Source: Protoeuglena noctilucae
Taxonomy: Eukaryota
Length of the DNA: 64,000 nucleotides
Direction of reading: 5' to 3'
Assembly: GCA_958009085.1 (NCBI GenBank)
Contig: OY253669.1
Coordinates: forward strand, 806,001-870,000
In this document: positions 60,837-64,000 of the stretch, in pieces
How positions within the stretch are numbered: position 1 is the stretch's first letter
Layout: every line of letters begins with the position of its first letter
Made by a program: the position numbers and the translations under genes
Notes under the pieces: model-generated
The model's database searches: none
What the model was told of the DNA's origin: nothing
The model's input: only the letters and a program-made list of their open reading frames with translations

Positions 60837-62492
60837 ATGGCTTCGTCTGCGACTAACGTACACTCTGAGAAGGACTTGGGAATAGGCGATGGGTTCAGGT
60901 GCAACTGAGCTGCTGCGGACGACGCAATCCCGTCTCGGTTGCGCCAGCAAAGTCTTGCTCGTCTTTAGCATGGGCGTGCCCTCCAGCTTGCTGATCATGC
61001 GCTCGTGTCCCTGATATCCCAGGAAGACGGCGCATTTCACGTGGTGTGTGGGCGGGCTGCTGACATGGTGAGAGTTTTCAAAGTTTTTCCATGCTGCTCT
61101 CCAGAGCGCCGTTACCCGCATCCTTGCGAACAGACGCCATATGCCGTAACCGCAGTCTCATCACGTACGGCCTCCTCCACGAGAAGATCTTGAAGGAGCC
61201 GTACATGACTCCCGAAGGCATCTCGGAGCGTTTCCAGAGCTCCTTCTTCATCGTCTGCGCCAATCGCGCCATGGCCATGGTCGTCTCCATCATCGCCATT
61301 TTCGTAAGCCCCCTCAGACCGACCTAGCCGGGCGCAGGCGACCTCTGGCAGCGGGGAAGGGCGACTGCGATGTCGTCGTCCTCTGCAGGTTACTGAGGGC
61401 CCAGCAGGGATCGCACCGAAAGCCCCCGTGCACTACTTCGGAGCCTCCGCCCTGGTCTCCACGATATCGACGGTCTGCCAGCACGACGTGACCCGGCACA
61501 GCGCCCCATGCCAATGCCAGCCACCACCGCCTGGTGCAGCACGAGAGCTGTGCTCCTCCACCCCGCCATCGCAGGCGCTAAAATACCTGTCCTTCGCCGG
61601 CCAGACGATGGGCAAGTCCCTCAAGATCGTCGCTACCATGCTGGCGGTGACGGCCATCCTGGGGGTGCGATACACCCCCATTGAGTATCTGAGAGGTCTG
61701 GTCATCGGGGTCGCGTGCGTGGCGTTCCTGGCTCTCGGGGGCGGCGCCCGCTCCAAGGGCAGGGGCGCTGCGGGAGAGAGCAACCTGCTTGTGGGTGGCG
61801 CGTACATGGTCGGATACCTCTGCTTTGACGCCCTGGTGCCCACCGTGCAGAAGGCCGTCTTCCGCGATCGGAAGGTCTCCGCAGCGAACCAGAGGTGACG
61901 TGCGGTTTCTTTGTGCGCTCTGTCGCAGTGGCACAGCCAGGGGCCATGCAACCACACGCCGCCCCAGCACACCGCAACACCTTAGCCTCTCTCGCAGCCT
62001 CTACTTCAGTGCCTTCGCCCTGTTGATCTCCTCCCTCGGACTGTGGTACCAATCGGAATTGTCGTCGTCGCTGTCCTTCCTGCGACGCCACCCCACGGCT
62101 GCCGTGGCCATGGCGGGCTTCTCGTTGGTCTCTGCCGTCCAACAGCAGTTCGTCATGCTCACCGTCAAGCACTACGGGCCAGGTGCCGATGCTGGGCCGC
62201 AGCCGTTCTTTAGCAAGCCATTGCCGTGTGCCGATGCTGTTGGCCGGCAGCTCACGCGGGTGTGACTCACTCCCGTTCCGTCCCTGCAGTGGTCTTCTCC
62301 ATCGCCATGACCACGCGACAGATGCTGTCGATTATTCTCTCCTCCATCGTCTACAAGCACTACCTCACCACGCACCAGCGGCTGGCAGCGGCGGCGGTGT
62401 TTGCGGCCCTGTACTCGGAAGCATGGGGCAAGGCTGCCAAGGGAGGATCGAAGAAGAAGGATGGAGCTGCTGTTGACAAGAAGGATGCGTGA
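60837..62492 (+). CDS. UAA-family nucleotide-sugar / PAPS transporter (SLC35B2/UTr-like)
   Basis: CVGGLLTCLITYGLLHEKILKEPY..ERFQSSFFIVCANR; STVCQHD|ALKYLSFAGQTMGKSLKI; GYLCFDA; QQFVMLTVKHYGP|VVFSIAMTTRQMLSIILS. Confidence 0.87.
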
Positions 62493-62633
62493 CATGAGGT
62501 GTGATTGTGTCCTAGATACTGCTCTTACTAGCTGACTTAGAGATGAGCTGCATAGGAAGACTAGCGACAGGGAGGGCACGGTGGGCTCAGCAGACCCCTG
62601 CTAGGGCATAAAGTACAGTTCAATCGCAGGGGC

Positions 62634-63551
62634 TCACGATTGCCAGTAAGCTTCCTCAGCCTCCCAGCAGCACTTGCAGGGGCACAGACACTTCAGGATT
62701 GCGGTGGCACGGCGGACACGGTCAGCTTTGCGGCGTTCGGGATCATCGACAAAAGGGTTGTTGGAACCAAACGCAGGCTGCCAAACCATCTTCTCCCTTC
62801 GTGGAGCTGGAGCAGCAGCTTTGGCAGGCCCGGCGGACGTCGGAGGCGCTGGCTTGGATGACGTCGGCACTGGCTTGGCCGAGGTCGACGGCGTCGGCGC
62901 TGGCCCGGTGGAGGGCAGCGCATATCTGGCCAAGGGCGGCGCAGAAGGCTGCGGTGGCTTGGGAGACGGCCTGGCAGGGGTTGGCGGCGCGACAGACTTG
63001 GCTGGGGTTGGGGATGGCGCCGGTTTGACAGGGGTCGGGGTTGCCACAGACTTGACTGGGGTTGGCGATTGGCCTGGCCTGGCAGGGGATGGGGATGGGC
63101 CTGGTCTCGCAGAGGGTGGTGGCGCCACTGGCTTGGCTGGGGATGGGTTTGGCCTGGCAGGGGCTGGGGATGGGCCTGGCCTGGCAGGGGGTGGCGATGG
63201 GCCTGGTCTGGCAGGGGATGGTGAGCCCACTGGCTTGGATGAGATCCCTGGTCCTAAAGACGGCCTCTTCTTCCTCTTCTTCCTGGCCGAGGTTGACCGC
63301 GCCTGAGGGAGTGGCCAGCTCTCAGAATCGTCACAAGCCCACCCACACAGTCGGACTGCGCGACCCCCCCCCCGCGCCCATCGGCGTGTCACCTTGTCCC
63401 TGCCCGTCTGAGGCGCCTTGTCGACCTTCTGCGGCGGCGGCGACGGCCTGCGCTCGTTGGGTGGCTCGTACACCACGATCGCGAGCCGATTGTCGTCCTC
63501 GACGGGCACAAACCGGTTCTCGTCCCAAGCCGCTCTCCAGTCATCCCCCAT
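62634..63551 (-). CDS. Orphan protein: MGDDWRAAWDENR head, Pro/Ser-rich repeat stalk, C-terminal Cys cluster (intron 63392-63303)
   Basis: Exon 1 ends GRDK|GTGACA, acceptor CCCTCAG; PSPxPARPG/PTPxKxV repeats; ends NNPFVDD...ILKCLCPCKCCWEAEEAYWQS*. Confidence 0.72.
   Translation of the reverse strand: MGDDWRAAWDENRFVPVEDDNRLAIVVYEPPNERRPSPPPQKVDKAPQTGRDKVTRRWARGGGRAVRLCGWACDDSESWPLPQARSTSARKKRKKRPSLGPGISSKPVGSPSPARPGPSPPPARPGPSPAPARPNPSPAKPVAPPPSARPGPSPSPARPGQSPTPVKSVATPTPVKPAPSPTPAKSVAPPTPARPSPKPPQPSAPPLARYALPSTGPAPTPSTSAKPVPTSSKPAPPTSAGPAKAAAPAPRREKMVWQPAFGSNNPFVDDPERRKADRVRRATAILKCLCPCKCCWEAEEAYWQS
62960..63235. repeat. Degenerate coding minisatellite (~27-bp units) encoding PARPGPSPS/PTPVK repeats
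   Basis: Recurring GGCCTGGCAGGGG..GGGGATGGG blocks on the + strand. Confidence 0.7.
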
Positions 63552-64000
63552 CGTTGGACGATGGGCGGCGCTCCGAATGCCCTGTTATGAGAAACGCTTG
63601 GACGACGGCTGGCGGGCGCGCCGGTGGTGTTTCCGCTCTGCAGCCCCTCGCCATGGGGCAGAGAGCACGATGCGCTCGGGAGGCAGGAGGAGCGCTGCGG
63701 AGGGGTGCGCGGGGACGATGGTGCGTGGCAGATGCTAAAAGATCACGCAGGTGTTGAAAATTAAGATGAACTGGCTCAAGCTGGCTCACCGTACTCTAAA
63801 ACACTACGCTATGTCGCTGCGAGACTTGATGATCAGGTGCGCCCCTGAGACGCCTCCGCAGTCGTCACCAGGGCTGCTCCGTTATATGCAGCCGGGTTGC
63901 ACAGGCGGGGGTTCCGTCGCGGAGCTCTACAGACTGGCACTCAGTGACGCCGCAGGTCTCCCTTGTCATCGTCCCCCCCCCTCTGTGCAATTGGGCTAAC

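Noticed and set aside
1..64000. Introner-like repeated introns or transposons
   Set aside because: By eye, introns share no sequence beyond splice signals, and I saw no transposase, RT, LTR or TIR. An all-versus-all intron alignment would be needed to exclude weak families.

Overview
Eukaryotic nuclear DNA from a very GC-rich, gene-dense green alga (Chlorophyta inferred from nuclear psbR, plastid rpl10, APR, accA, CHYB and PyrR, several with transit-peptide-like N-termini). By hand-splicing I find about 27 intron-containing protein genes in 64 kb. The standard genetic code is used. I see no rRNA, tRNA, CRISPR array or recognisable transposon, and there is one 200-N gap. Most entries in the supplied ORF track are GC-rich shadow frames or intron read-throughs. 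Most interesting: (1) an 89-aa, three-exon gene with the layout of the KEOPS subunit GON7, which I do not know from the green lineage; (2) two paralogous orphan genes flanking it, sharing an MGDxW[KR]xxWD[DE]NR head and intron position but with different repeat stalks and anchors; (3) an RGLG-type copine ligase ending in a U-box rather than a RING; (4) CDCA7-like HELLS/DDM1-binding helices in a PZP (PHD) protein and in CABIN1; (5) at least 14 GC-AG introns; (6) a candidate TGTGAA/TGTTGAA poly(A) signal. All family calls come from motif recognition, not database searches, and exon boundaries are manual predictions.
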